A program made the translations under genes and the position numbers. The notes below the pieces were generated by a model. The model saw only the letters and a list, made by a program, of their open reading frames with translations. It ran no database searches and was not told where the DNA came from. A stretch of DNA of 64,000 nt, from the NCBI GenBank assembly GCA_965243135.1, contig OZ251539.1:2016001-2080000 (forward strand), in the 5' to 3' direction. Position 1 is the stretch's first letter, and each line of letters starts with the position of its first letter. Shown piece after piece: positions 63,338-64,000 of the stretch. This DNA comes from Alphaproteobacteria bacterium. Its GTDB lineage: Bacteria > Pseudomonadota > Alphaproteobacteria > MPNO01 > UBA830.

Positions 63338-64000
63338 ATGTGGGAAACTCCCGAACTGCCGTTCCCTGCGCCTTCCGGGGAGCATCTCGACCGAATCCGG
63401 CGCGAAAGGCGGCGCGTCGCCTTCGAACGCGCGAGACGCTCGCCGTTCTTCAGGGGCCGGCTCGACCATGTCGACCTGGACCGGGTGCACGAGCCGGAAG
63501 AATGGTCGAAACTGCCCGTGATGACGAAGGACGAACTCCGCCGCATTCCGCCCGAAAGGTTTCACGAAGAATTCTGCATCGCGCCGCGCGAGGACGTTCT
63601 CGAATTCTGGCGGTCGGGCGGCTCGACCGGGCGAGCCCTGTTTTATCCGCGGACCCGCAACGACCTGCGTCTGGCGCGCGAAGGCTTCCGCCGCGCCTGG
63701 GAGGCTGCCGGGATCACGAGCGCCGACGTCGCGCACGTATCCTTTCCGCTCGGAATTCACCCGGTGGGCCAGCTCTATTGCCGCACCGCCCAGCACATGG
63801 GGATCGGCGTCAACTGGTGCGGCGCCGGAAATTCCACGCCATCGGAATTGCAAATCGAGCTGATCATGACGCTGAAGCCCACAGTCTGGTGCGGCATGGC
63901 GAGCTACGGCCTGCAGCTGGCGCAGACGGCGGAGCGACTGGGCTGCGACCTCGCCGGGAGTTCCGTGCGAACCGTCCTGACCGCCGCGGAACCGGTGTCC
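63338..64000 (+). CDS. phenylacetate-CoA ligase family protein, partial
   Basis: hand translation MWETPELP...LPVMTKDELR...RSGGSTG...; runs off the window. Confidence 0.8.
   Translation, partial: MWETPELPFPAPSGEHLDRIRRERRRVAFERARRSPFFRGRLDHVDLDRVHEPEEWSKLPVMTKDELRRIPPERFHEEFCIAPREDVLEFWRSGGSTGRALFYPRTRNDLRLAREGFRRAWEAAGITSADVAHVSFPLGIHPVGQLYCRTAQHMGIGVNWCGAGNSTPSELQIELIMTLKPTVWCGMASYGLQLAQTAERLGCDLAGSSVRTVLTAAEPVS

Overview
High-GC alphaproteobacterial chromosome segment (Rhodospirillales-like synteny; host-associated lifestyle is only an inference). A conserved core from about 10.4 to 51.9 kb holds an EamA transporter, a purine uptake and catabolism cluster (guaD, BMP-type ABC transporter, xdhAB, puuD, uraH, puuE, uraD), DUF1467-rnj-coaX-birA, the full nuoA-N operon, tRNA-Asp/Val, HU, lon, clpX, clpP, tig, tRNA-Leu, a PDH-E1/transketolase-like gene, tRNA-Pro and gpt. 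Two accessory regions flank it. The left one (1-10.2 kb) has tandem AAA-ATPase/PD-(D/E)XK genes, hendecad coiled-coil membrane proteins (one DUF1640/CCDC90-like), decayed IS1202-, IS30- and ISAs1-like elements, and one intact IS with terminal inverted repeats and a 9-bp target duplication. The right one (52-61.1 kb) has an intact AAA/PD-(D/E)XK gene, a four-gene Mu/Tn7-like element (Zn-ribbon/HTH protein, DDE transposase, ExeA-like AAA ATPase, RecA/RepA-like AAA_25-wHTH protein), an IS remnant and a frameshifted Rpn gene. The window ends with tRNA-Cys and two CoA ligases. The strongest leads are the four-gene transposon with a helicase-like passenger and origin-like repeats, a recurrent 6-nt (sometimes 5-nt) micro-deletion signature in decaying genes, and cassette-like AAA/PD-(D/E)XK genes sharing a leaderless promoter. 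All family assignments come from motif recognition by eye; no database searches were run.
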